64,000 nucleotides of DNA from Octopus sinensis (lineage: Eukaryota): positions 73,098,001 to 73,162,000 of the forward strand of contig NC_043001.1 of assembly GCF_006345805.1 (NCBI RefSeq), in the 5' to 3' direction. Positions 27,107 through 40,260 of the stretch are shown piece by piece. Under the pieces are notes generated by a model that saw only the letters and a program-made list of their open reading frames with translations, made no database searches and had not been told where the DNA came from. The position numbers and the translations under genes are program-made. Positions within the stretch are counted from its first letter, which is position 1. Every line of letters starts with the position of its first letter.

Positions 27107-27154
<48 letters not shown>

Positions 27155-27405
27155 ATATATATATATGTGTATATATATATATATATGTGTATATATATAT
27201 ATATATGTGTATATATATATATATATGTGTATATATATATATATATATGTGTATATATATATATATATATGTGTATATATATATATATATATGTGTGTAT
27301 ATATATATATATATGTGTATATAATATATATATATGTGTATAATATATATATATATATGTGTATATATATATATATATATATGTGTATGTATATATATAT
27401 ATATA

Positions 27406-27444
<39 letters not shown>

Positions 27445-27459
27445 ATATATATATATATA

Positions 27460-27492
<33 letters not shown>

Positions 27493-27572
27493 GTGTATAA
27501 TATATATATATATATATAGTGTATATATATATAATATGTGTATATATATATATATATGTGTCTATATATATA

Positions 27573-27629
<57 letters not shown>

Positions 27630-27688
27630 GTGTATATATATATATATATATGTGTATATATATATATATGTGTGTATATATATATATA

Positions 27689-27719
<31 letters not shown>

Positions 27720-27800
27720 GTGTATATATATATATATATATGTGTATAAATATATATATATATGTGTGTGTGTCTATATATATATATGTATGTATGTATA
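26980..27800. repeat. (TA)n microsatellite with TGTG interruptions
   Basis: Direct reading. Confidence 0.97.
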
Positions 27801-27872
27801 TTGTAAGTCAGCAATCCAACTGACTTTTTTACCCCTGCAGATATAAAAACAGAGGTAGTGATGATAAGTTAC

Positions 27873-27994
27873 ATCAATATAAAGGAAGACGATGTAACAA
27901 GGGCTATAGATGAAATGAACCCAAACTAAGCTACTTGCCCTGATGGATTCCCTGCAATCTTTCTAAAAGCTTGTTAGCAAGTCCTAGCAAGACC
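27873..27994 (+). mobile_element. LINE ORF2 fragment (pre-RT GPDG region), copy 1 of an inverted pair
   Basis: Translates INIKEDDVTRAIDEMNPN*ATCPDGFPAIFLKAC*QVLARP, resembling the CR1/Jockey-type 'I.E.DV..AI..L...APGPDGIP..FLK.C...LA.P' motif. Confidence 0.6.
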
Positions 27995-28068
27995 ATATAT
28001 GTGTGTGTGTGTGTGCATATCGTTGGTGATTTTCTTTCTCTGTCTTCCATTCTTTGGTCTTTTTCTAT

Positions 28069-28103
28069 ATTTCTGACGAAGAGCTCCGCTCAAAACGTGA
28101 AAT
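28069..28103 (+). ncRNA. Degenerate minimal hammerhead in a PLE-LTR-like fragment
   Basis: ATTT CTGACGA A GAGC-TCC-GCTC AAAA CG TG AAAT: G12 changed to A and H17=G, so likely inactive. Confidence 0.5.
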
Positions 28104-28249
28104 TCTCTTTCTTTTCATTCATTTCCTGAGCGTCCAATAACACTGTATTTATTCCATGTCCTTGCGTTGTCATTTTTTCTTGCTTGCTTATGTTTGGATT
28201 AGCTATATATATCCATATTTATATATATAAATTTTTTTCATAATGAGAC

Positions 28250-28346
28250 AAAAAACCAAGGCTGCATAGATTTTAGAACATTTATAGATAGAAAGTAAAA
28301 ACTTCTATCTATAAATGATCTAAAATCTACTCAGCCTTGATTTTTT
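28250..28346. repeat. ~97-bp near-perfect hairpin (fold-back MITE-like)
   Basis: AAAAAACCAAGGCTGCATAGATTTTAGAACATTTATAGATAGAAAG-TAAAAA-CTTCTATCTATAAATGATCTAAAATCTACTCAGCCTTGATTTTT; arms about 45 bp with 4 mismatches. Confidence 0.8.
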
Positions 28347-28547
28347 TTTATTTCATTACAAAAAAAATTTTCATATACACACGCTGACTTATGACCAACG
28401 TTGAACCCCTTATTCACAAAATCATCGAATTTGGAACTTTACTATGGTCTATTTATAGTATTTATTCAGCATTACCTGACACCTTTGGATCCCAATGACA
28501 CCATTACCTCTCTCTCTCTAACTATATATATATATATATATATATAT

Positions 28548-28669
28548 GGTCTTGCTAGGACTTGCTTACAAGCTTTTAGAAGGATTGCTGGGAATCCATC
28601 AGGGCCAGAATCTTAGCTTGGGTTCATTTCATCTATAGCCCTTATTACATCGTCATCCTTTATATTGAT
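28548..28669 (-). mobile_element. Same LINE fragment, inverted copy 2
   Basis: Reverse complement matches 27873-27994 over 122 bp, and both copies end at GCAAGACC|ATATAT. Confidence 0.65.
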
Positions 28670-28814
28670 TTTTCTTCTGTCTGGGTGTTTTTCTCTCTAC
28701 AGAATAGTAAGTTGCATTATGGAACAGTCATTTTAACGAGATTTTTTATTTATTTATCACCCGATAAGATACATCTGCACCACCGGACACTCCTGAACCA
28801 GTTTTTGTGTGTCC

Positions 28815-28857
28815 CACATGAGGAGTCGATGCTAGATTTGTCGAAACAATTGTTGTG
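28815..28857 (+). ncRNA. Degenerate minimal hammerhead
   Basis: CAC ATGAGGA GTCGATGCTAGATTTGTC GAAA CAATTG TT GTG: palindromic helix III ACAAUUGU; C3 changed to A; weak stem II. Confidence 0.45.
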
Positions 28858-28902
28858 ATTAATAATATATTCTCATATATTCCATCTTCTGTCTTTCATT
28901 TG

Positions 28903-28934
<32 letters not shown>

Positions 28935-29859
28935 GTTTGTTGTTTACACACTTGTCTTCGTCTTTTTTTTTGTAAATTCTCACGTACAAACATTTTTTTT
29001 TCTTTTGAAAATTAGTATTCATTTCACTGTTTTGTTCAAGTGCCAGGGAATTTGGGAAAGATAAATTATAATTATTGTATGCATGTCATATTTCCTGATA
29101 TTACCCATAATGACAAAGATATACTTCCAACATTACTCTCATATGATGGGTAACACTCTTGTAAAGAAAAAATTACTCAGACCAGTATTGATAATACAGA
29201 CTACAGAGAAAAAGAACTGAATTCAATATCTTATAGTACAAATTTTCTTTACATTCTTGTTTAGCCTCCAGATTAATGCTTATCTAGTAGATCTATGATC
29301 TCAATGATTTCCACCTCGGAACATCACATCTTATTTTCAGATTTAAATATAACTAGAACTAAATAATCAGACAACATCCTGTGGGAGATCTAACTGCTAT
29401 TTCTAGCAGGTCAAATCATTGTTTAAGAGGCTTCAGTGTAACAAATTCCTCTAGAGTTGAAATAGAAAAAATATGTCAGTAATGTACAAATCTATAGACA
29501 AAGTTATTGAACTTAAAATAACTAAAACTGGTCCACGTTGAAATTTGATGGTTCAACAAAAAAAAATAAAGAAAATAACATTCTGTCTCCTCAAAACTTA
29601 TAAAAACTTACAAGTAACTACTATTTAACATCCAGGGGAATTATATCAGTTACCTGACTGCAGGGGTGTAATGAAAATGTTGGTACTTCAAGGAGTGAGA
29701 TAGGTCTTGATTTCATTAAGCCCTTGAATGGAACATATTTTAATTACCTTGAAAAGAGATGAACTTAATATAGAGATCTAAGCCATTAGATAATTTTGCC
29801 TAGTACTCTCCTACTTCTGACTTATGTTGCTTTCTAAATAATAAATAATAATAATAATA

Positions 29860-30060
29860 AAAATACTGCTTTTAATTTTTGAGGTAAGTCAATAATGTCA
29901 ATCCCAGTGCTCAGCTGGTACTTATTTCTATCAACCCCAGAAGAATGAAAGCCGAAGTTGTCTTTGGCAGTTTTTGAACTTGGAACATAAATAGCCAGAA
30001 GAAATGTCACAAAGCATTTTCCTGATGCAGTAACAATTTCTACCAACTTGCTGCTTTGAT
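29860..30060 (-). mobile_element. SINE of the second tRNA-derived family (OR-like) with (ATT)n tail
   Basis: Reverse complement matches the 57088 element: GGCAGAA...TTAGC...AAATGC...GACTTTGCCTTTCATCC...AGTACCAG. Confidence 0.6.
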
Positions 30061-30384
30061 AATAATAATAAGCAATTACATCATGGAAGCAGCACTGTGG
30101 CCGTCGGAGAATATGCTAAAACTGTTCAATTCAATTTCCATTAAAGAATGTGTGTGTATGAATATGTGTATAATGTATGTATGAAAAGTGTGTGTGCTGT
30201 GTGTGTGTGTATATACATATATATATATATTTTATACACAAACACACACACAGAATTTGAGGAAGCAATATCCCCATAAGAGATTGTTAAAAAAACATAA
30301 AATGAACCAAGCATCTTTTATATTTTTCTTTTATTGACTTTTTAATTATATATATATATATGTGTGTATGTATGTATGTATGTT

Positions 30385-30680
30385 TGAAGGTGCATGGCTT
30401 AGTGGTTAGAGTGTTGCACTCATGATTGCAAGATCGTGGGTTCGATTCCCAGACCTGGCATTGCATTGTGTTCTTGAGGAAAGCACTTCATTTCACATTG
30501 CTCTGCGATCATTTTGTCATCTGACATGGTGCACCTGTACAGGTAATGTTGATTTGACGTAGGGAGTGAGCTTATGTGAACACAAACATTTGATCTCTAT
30601 AAACAAATCATCTGTGTGGTTGTTTGACAAGATTTTGCCAAACTCTCATGCATTGTCTAATGACTGGAGAGTCCATGATA
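30385..30680 (+). mobile_element. tRNA-headed SINE (third family)
   Basis: A box TGGCTTAGTGG and B box GGTTCGATTCC, then TGTGTTCTTGAG..CACTT. Related copies at about 42960-43080 and 58345-58680. Confidence 0.65.
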
Positions 30681-31649
30681 TGTATGTATGTATATATGTA
30701 TACACACAATAAGCACATAAATGCAAAACAAGGTGGAAAAAATAATACTCGGATACCAAAAGTAGAGTAATATGCTTTTTATTAAAGCTACAAAAACATC
30801 ACAAAACTGTTACTCAGATTTTCATGTTTCCATTCGTGAGCAAGACTGGAATGCTTATTCTTCAAATTTATATTAAATCATATATTACATGGATTATATT
30901 AAATCATATATTACATGTACCATCACAATTTTATTCCAGTCTTGATCACAACTGTCTTACAGACGGACACCTGAAACTCAGTAACAGTTTATATGTGCTT
31001 GTATGTATGTATATAGATATGTGTGTATGTATGTTTGCATGTATATAGATATATATGTATATGCGTTTGTATATGTATATAAATGTATATATGTATGTGT
31101 CTATATGTATGTATATAGATATATGTGTGTGTATGTATATGCACATATATATGTATTTATATCTACTTACGATAATGTATAGTGTGTGTGTGTGTGTATA
31201 GAGAGAGAGAGAAAGAAAGAGGGTATCAGACTAACTATTAACTATTTTAATGAAAAGGAAGAAATTAGAAATGATACAGATGTTTGTCCCAAATTTATGA
31301 TTGGTTGAATAACAACATTACAAACTCTCTATCAACAGTCAACTTCAGTTTTATTCAGCAGAGGTGGCAACAGTTGGGGCTTGTTTTTGACAACTTCCAA
31401 ATAGCGTCTCACAACTACCTCAGCTTTGACTGAAATAGCAACTAGCAACATTTCGCTGGGGAAGGGCCATTTAGATCATATATCAAAACCAAACAGCTGC
31501 CCAAACAGGAAAATCATTATTAAAATGAAATGCTGGCATTGTGATATTTAATTTAACATTCCATTAAATATAAAACATTGAGAACTACTTCTGTACTAGA
31601 TTTGTATTTGTCTATTGTGTTGTTTTACAATAATAATAACTGGCTTACT

Positions 31650-33255
31650 GATAAGAAAATGTAAGAAAGGTACTATCACCAGTTAAACTATCATATGTAG
31701 ATACACTGAAAACTAATAACTAGTATATCAAGAAGAAAACATAAGGTATCACTGCTAGCTAAACAAGGATTTCTAGATACATTCAAAGCTAAGAAAGGTA
31801 CTAACAGATAATCAATGGTATCTTGATACACTCAAAATTAAGAAAGGTACTATCAGCTAAACAGTGATATCTAGGTATTAGGTCATCAAGTTTGAAATTT
31901 TTAGAAAAGAAAAAAAGTTTACTAATGTTTTATAAATACAAGCACTTTTGCCATTTCAGTGGTAGCTTGTCCAGCTACTGTAAAAGCCTGGCAATCTTGA
32001 ATCAATAAAGTCTTGGAAGGCCTGCTTTACAGCATCGCCAGAATTAAATTTTTTTGTTCCTATCAAAAAGTTAACCAAATTCTGGAAGAAGTGGTAGTCA
32101 GTGGGGGCAAGATCAGGTGAGTATGGTGGATGATGGAGAACTTCCAACTCCTACTCCTGTAGTTTCACCAATGTCATTTTTGCGATGTGTGGTCTGGCAT
32201 TGTCTTGCAATAAAATAGGAGTGGATCTGTTGACTAATCTAGGCTGTTTTTCGTAGGTTTCTGCATCATTTGGTCCTGTTGGCTGCAGTATACTTCAGCC
32301 GTGATTGATGAGCCAGGTTTAATGAAATCACCTGACCACCAAACACCCACCATCAGTTTCTTTTGATGAATTATGCTTTTTTGGACTGTGTTTTGGTGAC
32401 TCGTTTTTGTCTAACCATTGTGCTGAACGTTTACAGTTGTATTGGATCCATTTCTCATCACATGTTACAATTCGATTCAAAAATGATTCATTTTTGTGAC
32501 GAGAAAGTTGCATAATGCAGGCTTCCAAAAATTGCTGTTTCTGATTTTCATTGAGTTCATTTGGAACCCACTTATCCAACTTTTCCACTTTACCGATTTG
32601 AACTAGGTGAGTCAATATTGTTTGCTTGCTAACACCAAATAACAACAACCATTCATGGGCACTGTGAGATGGATCTGATTCGACAGTGGCTTTCAGTTCC
32701 TCATTATTTACTTTGTTTTTGATCAACCGCATTGCTCATTTGTGAGGTCAAAGTTACCAGAACAAAATTTTGCAAACCAATTTGATATTGTCTGCTGTAT
32801 AATAACATTAAAATGAAATACTCCATTAATATTCTGAGCTGCCTGAGATGCTGTTATTTCCAAGAAAAAAAACTCATATTTCAAAACTGTACAAATTTCC
32901 GACATCTATCTCTAAACAAAAATAGCAAAAAACGATTTAAAAATACTTTATAAAACACAAAATGAGTTAAAATAACGAAATAGATGTGTCAGCTTTCTAA
33001 CAGAAAATAAGATTGTCAAAATATAATAATGGCGCAAAATGAGCAGCTGTCAAAGTTTAACATATACCTTACTACTAATTTCATACTTGACAGCCTTATA
33101 CATTCAGAACTAAGAAAGATACTATCAGCTAAACAGTGGTGTCTGGACACACTCAGAACTAAGAAAGGTACTACCAGCTAAACAATGGTATCTAGATATG
33201 CTCAAAAATAAGAAAAGTACTACCAGCTAAACAGTAATATCTAGATAAACTCAAA
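31650..33255. repeat. 49-bp degenerate minisatellite split by the mariner insertion
   Basis: Unit approximately GATACACTCAGAACTAAGAAAGGTACTATCAGCTAAACAGTGGTATCTA at about 31650-31877 and 33099-33255 (period 49, from 33101 to 33150). Confidence 0.8.
31878..33098 (-). mobile_element. Defective mariner (Tc1/mariner) transposon, 1221 bp
   Basis: Frameshifted transposase pieces with WVPNEL, IVTCDEKW and PPYSPDLAPTDYHFF motifs. Degenerate TIRs TTAGGTCATCAAGTTTGAAA / TTTCATACTTGACAGCCTTA (15/20), with TA on both sides. Confidence 0.92.
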
Positions 33256-33739
33256 TGCAGCTGGTGATTTCTACTTAATTAAGGCTGTTTTGTCATACTG
33301 CTACTATATTTATTTAAACCCAAAGCAAAGACCAGATTAAATCAATATCATCATCATAATCATCACTATCGTCATTATTATTTTACATCTGCTTTACATA
33401 CTAGCAAAAGGTAAGAAGGTTCAACAGGGTTCAACTAGTCAGAAGACCACATCTTCCAATATCTCATTTTTGCATAGTTTCTATGGTTAGATGCCCTTTC
33501 TTAGACCAACTGTATGGTATACTGGGTGCATTTTTTTGTGGTATCAGTAGTACAGAGATTACCTTGCTGTCAATAAGACTAAAGAGCCCTCTTGAGTCTT
33601 GCTTCATCACTGTTTAGATTGATTACCAAACACTTAGAGTGTACTTGGTGCCTTTTGTGGCATCAGCATTGTTGGGGTTGACTTGTGACTTAAAAGACCT
33701 GTCTATATATTTTAAGCTTGTCCAGTTTTGTCACATTAA

Positions 33740-33976
33740 CCCTTCAACATTTAAACCTGTTATATCTAGCCCATATATTCAACCTGTTTTGCATTCAAAC
33801 CAGCCAGATCCAATCTCTCATACCTACCCTTCAATATCAGTTTAAAAATTGTCAATTATATCATCAAAATCTCAAAGCTATATATATCTCAAAGTGTATA
33901 TATATCACATGGTTGTTTCTAGACGGTGTGAATAAACAAGTATTATATTTGACAGAGTAATCTGGATGCTAAAGGG
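33740..33976. mobile_element. piggyBac-type MITE (same family as 15944)
   Basis: TTAA|CCCTTCAACATT...GATGCTAAAGGG|TTGA; internal similarity to 15944-16160. Confidence 0.65.
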
Positions 33977-36044
33977 TTGAACTTTATAATACATTAAAAG
34001 ATTCCTTTATTATATAATTAACTTTCTGTACTTAATGTTTCAGCTGACATGATAATTAACCAAAATTTTAATTTGTTAGGTTTCAAATTGTGAATTTTAA
34101 ATCTTTCAAAATTTACATTATTTACTTAACCATATTCAGCTCTTTGAAGAAAGAGAAAATAAAGCCTCTTGATATATTGCTAGTTGTTTTTTGTTGTTTG
34201 ATGAAGAAAGGTCAGCTTTGATACAACACCATTGATGCAATAGATCTCTTGCCCTTCGTCCCTACTTGCTGCATCTTCTCAAAAACTGCTGGCCCTGTGC
34301 CTAAATTAGGAACTGTATTTCTGTGAAGAAGGATTTTGTCTGAAACATTAGAATTTCCATCTCTCTCCTGTTTCATACAAATTTATTCATTTTTACTGAG
34401 TTTTGCCTACAAAGTCTTCTTTAGTTTCATTGGGCTCTGCTTGATATTTAGTAGGAATCTGTTTTTGTAAAAAAAGTTAGAGAAATGTCAACTGACTTTA
34501 AACACTGAGTACATTACCTTGTGTTGTTTAATCCCAGATCATCCCTGATCATATAGATTTATGATCAAAGGCAGTTCACCTATGACCATTACATCTGTTC
34601 TTCAGGCATAATTTGTCCGGAACTATATTTTTATGTGTATATATCTTTTTAAGATAATAAGGTTTAATTTGAGGGCAATTTGGCTGCTGTTTTTAGAGGT
34701 TTCTTGTCAGCTCAACTTTACCATATTTTCTGTCAGTAAAATCTTTCTGCTCGCCAAACATTGATCATTTCTTGATATTATGTTGATAATTTATTGAAGT
34801 TGATTTGTTTTCACCTCTATGAAGAGGCCATAGAGTTGTCTTCAAAAATACTTTATTCCTTATAAATTGAGTGTTATTGATCATATGACAGGTATCTTTT
34901 GATACCATGGGTAATATCAGGAAATATGGTGTACTTGCAATAATAATAATTTTATAAAATTTATTGGTGCATATACTAATTGATGAAATTAAATAAAAGA
35001 AATTTCCTATTTGTATAATTCTTCCCATAACTAAAATGTTGTTTGCTCCCTCTTCTCCTCCATCTGTGATTTTCTTTCACTGTGTGTATGTGTGTGTGTG
35101 CGTGCCAGCATAGAAGACAGACTTTACTCATTGCCTGCCACTAAGCCTTGTATGTCCACTAATTTTGCCCCTCTATATTAACTCTCCCCTTTCTTCCTCC
35201 AATTTATAGCATTTCTGGAGGAACCAACTAACCAATCAGCTATTATTGAATAGAGATGTTCCTTGTTATTTAAAATTCTGAACTTTACAATGATCCCACT
35301 AATATAATATTAAAAGTTTTTTTGTTTTTTTTTGCTTCCTAGTCAGCCTGTATAAAAAAATGTACTCAGGAGACAATAAAACCAATAAAAATTATTAATC
35401 AGTGGTAAAATACCCAGGTTAAGACCTGCAAGAGATCAAATGTATATAAATAAACAAAATATGTCTTTAAAGATGACATGTATTCAAGCAGATGGCATAA
35501 AGATATATCTATAAAGATGATATTTTTCTAAATGCAGGAACAAGACAAAATAATTTGTCCTTATCCTCCTACACAGTCAAATAACATTTGCATAGGAAAT
35601 ACCCTCAATACTTCAATAATTACTAACATTATCAATAAATGTCATTCCCTGGTGCCATGTGATGTGTTTTGTATGACCATATTCTGTATAAGTGAGTGGC
35701 TGGTGCCAGCAAATAAAGATTAAGTCTATACTTCCACTGATAAAGCTGAATAAAACAAACATGTTTGGAATTGTCTCCCTTGATATCTCAGCCTAGACCC
35801 CTAATATCTTTCTTCTGATCCATATTTTAATTAAATTTTAGTCTTGTTTATGCCCTTCCTAACATCAACCACTTTACAGTGTGTTCTAAATGCTTTTTTT
35901 TTTTCTGGGCACCAGCCCCATGAACTACTTGGTGAATCCATAGTGCTTGTGTTATGAAAAAAATTATCTAGTACACTCTGTAAAGTGTTTGGTATTGAGG
36001 ACATCCACCCATAGAAACCATCCAAAGCAGGCAATAACTTTTTC

Positions 36045-36229
36045 AAGTATCCAGCCAAAATATTTTCCCTATTTTGTGTTCAAACTGGCTGGATCTGGCC
36101 TCTAACACCTTCCCTACCATGTCATTCTAAAAATAATAACCTCAAAGCTACAAAGTAGTGCATGATTAATTCAAAACAATTTGAATAAATAAGCATTACA
36201 CTTGACAGAGTAATCTGAATGCTAAAGGG
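36045..36229. mobile_element. piggyBac-type MITE, left-truncated
   Basis: Internal match to 15944-16160; ends AATGCTAAAGGG|TTAA. Confidence 0.65.
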
Positions 36230-38451
36230 TTAAGGCTTGACGAAGTCCTCCGGCTTGTTTGATACTGTCAAACTTTCCAACCCATGCCAGCATAGAAGAC
36301 AGACTTTAAATGATGATGATGATCTGACATCACCTGGATTCAATATCAGATTCTCTTCTTAGCACCAAAGTCAACTGAAAAGTCTTTCAGGTTTCTGAAC
36401 GCTTTCCACAACTATTGTATTTGATGTGTAAGTGTTAATATCCTATAAATTGCTTGTTGACTTGTATATAACTTCCACTTGTAATTATCTTAAATCCAAT
36501 AAATTAATGGCCAAGTTTTCAGATGAACTTTTTTTCTCTCTCTTTCTGAGAGCTTCTAATAAGTGAATTCAATTTGTTTTTGAATATCATGAGCCAACTT
36601 ATACTTAACACTCTGTTTTCTTAATTAAAAATCTTTACGCATACCAAGTCAGATAGACTCGTTAACTTCACATTAGCCTTGTGTTTTTTTTAACAAAGAG
36701 CATTTAATTTTTTTATTCAAATTGTATTAGCTGAGTTTTTTTTATTAACACTGAAGTTAATTAGCAATAAGTTAGTAAACACAAGTGTTAGAAACAGCAG
36801 TATGTTTAATTCACTTTCTATAATTGTGATGTGGTGAATCAAAAACAAAAAAAAACTGGATGAAAAGTATAAAGTCTAAGAAAATTTCTATTAGTTTATA
36901 GTTCTTTGTTTATTTTTGTAAAGGAGAAGGGGTTTTCTCAGTTGTCTTTCTGCTAAATTGTTTGCTTTTAATTCAATTGTTTAAACTGTTTATACAATTA
37001 TATTTTTTGACTTTTTAATTGTTACTCTGTTCCCTCTTCCATTCAGTAGGAATGAAAATATGGGAAAATATCAACACCAGAAAACCTTAAGAAGGTTTTT
37101 ACTGATGCAAAATGATTGAGTTTTTATCTTTCTTTCCTACTCTATCTATCTATCCTCACACACAGACACGTGTGTGTGTGTATAGGTATGCTCCCTCAAC
37201 TAGTCCAAAAATAAAAATATATATGTATGTATATAAGAAATTGAAATGACAAAGGAATAACTAATTATCTTATGAATTTCATTAGCTTACAGCTGTCCCC
37301 TGCAATAAGATGCAATGGACTCATTCTTGAGTGCCTGAGTATCACCTTATAGCTTGTATGTATATATATACATGGATATGCATGTGTATATATATATATA
37401 TGTGTGTGTGTGTGTATGCGCATGCGTGTGTGTGTGTGTGTATATGCATGCATATGCGTGTGTGTTTATATGTGCATGCATATGTTTATGTAGCACTGTG
37501 TGTTCGTTTATATATTATGTGCACAAATAGGCACCTCACTCTCCTCATTTTGATTCCTTCCCCACTACCAATACCAGTTTTCTTTCTTGATACCTGGCCA
37601 TTTCATTTCTTGGCTATTCTTCCTCCATTAATATTGTTTTCTACACCCACCAATGTTACATTGGTCATCTCCGCCCCCACTTGACAGCCAAATTATCTCT
37701 CTTCATGCACTACACTTGCCTCTCTCTCTCTCTCCCCTGTCAACTGCATCATCATTACTATCCTCTTGCTACTCTCACTTTGCATTTCTCTCTCTCCCTT
37801 CTCCAACTCATGCATCATTGGTCACGTTCCACTCCCCATATCAATCAATCCTCATATCCATCCTTCAACTCCTTTACAGATGTTGCTTACCTCAACTATC
37901 CCACTCACCCCCATTTCTTGCTCCACCCCTCTACCCTACCATACACTCTTGCAACCTCCACACACATACTTCTAGTTTCTCTGGACAACTCATTGCCACT
38001 CTTTATCTCTTTGGAAATATCGTTGATTCATTTTCAATCTCTCCTCTAAATACGAGTAGCTATGAAACTCTTTTACAGCAAGAACCTGCTTTGCTCCACC
38101 TCCATCTTTCATACCTTAACCCTCAGCTTGGAAATGAACATGTAGTGTCCTTTTACTCCATAGCCTTCCAGCAAACCGAGTATGCGCAGTCATCTTGCAT
38201 CTCTTATGCTAACTCTCTATATATACTGTAAAACACAACTGGATAAATCAATCAGCCAATTAAATAACAAAACCAACCAACATTTATATTGGCTTTTATT
38301 ATATAGAGATTCAAAGGAAGCATCCATTAAAGCATTGCTGCAGGTTTCCATTAAAACTTTATCACCTGTTATTACCTATGCCCCATTCTGAAGTAAACCC
38401 CACTTCCCCCAAGAAACACAACTCTACTTTCAGAAAGTGACTAAGGTGGAA

Positions 38452-38765
38452 GGTCGGCTGTGTGGTAAGGAGTTTGCTTCTCAACCATATGGTTTGGGGT
38501 TCAGTCCCACTGCAAGTGTTTTCTATTGTAGTCTCAGGCCAAACAGAGCCTTGTGTGTGGATTTGTGACACGGAAACTAAAAGAAGCTCATCAAACACAT
38601 GTATGTGTGTGTGTTTGTATGCATGCATGTGCCGTATCTACATAGATGTTTGTAAATATCTGTGTGTGTGTGTGTTTGTGTTTGTCCCCCACCACTGCTT
38701 GCTTTATTTATGGCCATGTAACTTAGCTGTTCAGCAAAATAGACTGATAGAATAAATATCAAACT
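38452..38765 (+). mobile_element. OK-like SINE, full length
   Basis: GGCTGTGTGGTAAGGAGTTTGCTTCTCAACCATATGGTTTGGGGTTCAGTCCCACTGC...GGAAACTAAAAGAAGC...GACTGATAGAATAAATATC. Confidence 0.7.
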
Positions 38766-38790
38766 TTAAAGAAAAAGAGAGAAGGAGTTT

Positions 38791-38821
<31 letters not shown>

Positions 38822-38974
38822 TATATATACATACACACACACACACACATACACTTAAGAGAGTATTGTAGTTTGCTGGAAGCATTGTCTATTGTTTGTG
38901 AAATGTAATGTGTCTGGAATGGTATAACAATGCAGAGTGGACTATAATAACAGAAATAACTTAATCATTCATTG

Positions 38975-40260
38975 TCTAATATTTCAGAATATAAAAAAAT
39001 TCCTTCTTCAGAGATTGCTAGGAAGTAATGGAATCACTGTTATAGTTGGTTTTCTTATTCTTCTAATGGTTACTGAAATCTATCAGAAGCATTCCTGTAA
39101 TGGTCTCACAAAGTTCTTTCTGAAATTCCTCATGAGAAGTGTATGAGGGTAGTCATGTCTTGAGCTCATGAGTGTTGGCATATTTGTAGCACTGTTTCCA
39201 AGTTATTGTATGTGCATTTCTATATAATCTTTTGTTATATGAGCATGTTACCATTATGCATGCAGGGTGTCGATGTTGTTAAATAAGATAGTGATTGTTA
39301 ATACCCAACCTGTTGTTAATTTGGGGCCCTAGTCTGTCTATGAGGATAGCCTCCATAATTCTTAAATTTCCTAAATTTTTGTCATTGAACTCAATTATGA
39401 CTGTTATGTTTTTGTTGGTGTTCTGGTTTCTGTCAAGGTGCTTTCTGAAGGAGGAGGCTCGTGTGTTTAGATGTTCTTTGATGCAGATGTGTAATGGTCT
39501 TCTCGTACTACTCACATAGAAATTATTGCATCTGTTACATTGGATTTGATATGCAACATGTACCCATTGGCATAAATCTGTGTCACAGATGTGGTAGTTA
39601 GCTAGTGTGCACTAATTGTTGACCCTTGATCATTTCTTTGCTTGGTATCTTCTCAGAGAGGGGCCGGAGTGGGCTACTTGTATGTCTAGTCCTTCTGTTC
39701 TTATGGCTCTTCAGATGGCTGTAGTTATCCTCTCACTAAAATGGGATATTTTAAGGAAGCATGTGTTGCAGGGTTTTCTGTGTTTGGTGTGTTTATTATC
39801 TCAGGTATTTAAGCTGATTCACAGTGGATATAGGGTACCTGTTGGTTTTCAACACCTTTAAGAAGCTTGTAGTATGGGTCACCTTGTCCTCTGTCCTGCT
39901 GCACTGGCTCTGGATGTATGTAAGTCTATTTCTGGCGTATCCTATTTTGGCACCAAGTGGAAGGGCTGAATTGTAGTGAACAAACATATCTCTACTGGCT
40001 GCTTTCCTGTAGAACTTGGTGTGGATCTCTCCTTTTTCCATTATTTTCAGTTGGAAGTCAAGCAGCGATAGGGATCCTGTGCTGTCAGGATGTTCTATAG
40101 TGAACTGTATATCCATGTCCATGTTGAACATCATGAATATTTTGTCGGCTTCTTCACGGGAGGATGTGAAGATGAGGATGTTATCTATGTACCTGGTGAA
40201 GAAAGTACATGAGTGGCACATGTTGAGTGCTCAATGTTCCAGATGGTTCATATAGGTGAT
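38975..40260 (-). pseudogene. 5'-truncated Penelope-like element: RT C-terminus, GIY-YIG endonuclease and a downstream degenerate hammerhead
   Basis: RT motifs RYIDN, IQFTIEH, LSLLDF, FYRK, HYNSALP (39796-40221). Endonuclease VAYQIQCNRCNNFYVSSTRRPLHICIKEH...LRIMEAILI..LGPQINN (39279-39560). Hammerhead-like TCT CTGAAGA AGGAAT..ATTCT GAAA TA TT AGA at 39014-38975. Confidence 0.85.

Noticed and set aside
30385-30455. tRNA gene
   Set aside because: A and B boxes are present but there is no acceptor-stem closure, and it continues into a SINE body with other copies in the window.
37500-38330. Overlapping 122-192-aa S/L/P/H-rich ORFs, possibly a LINE endonuclease relic
   Set aside because: C/T strand bias explains the open frames; only vague similarity to an APE C-terminus.
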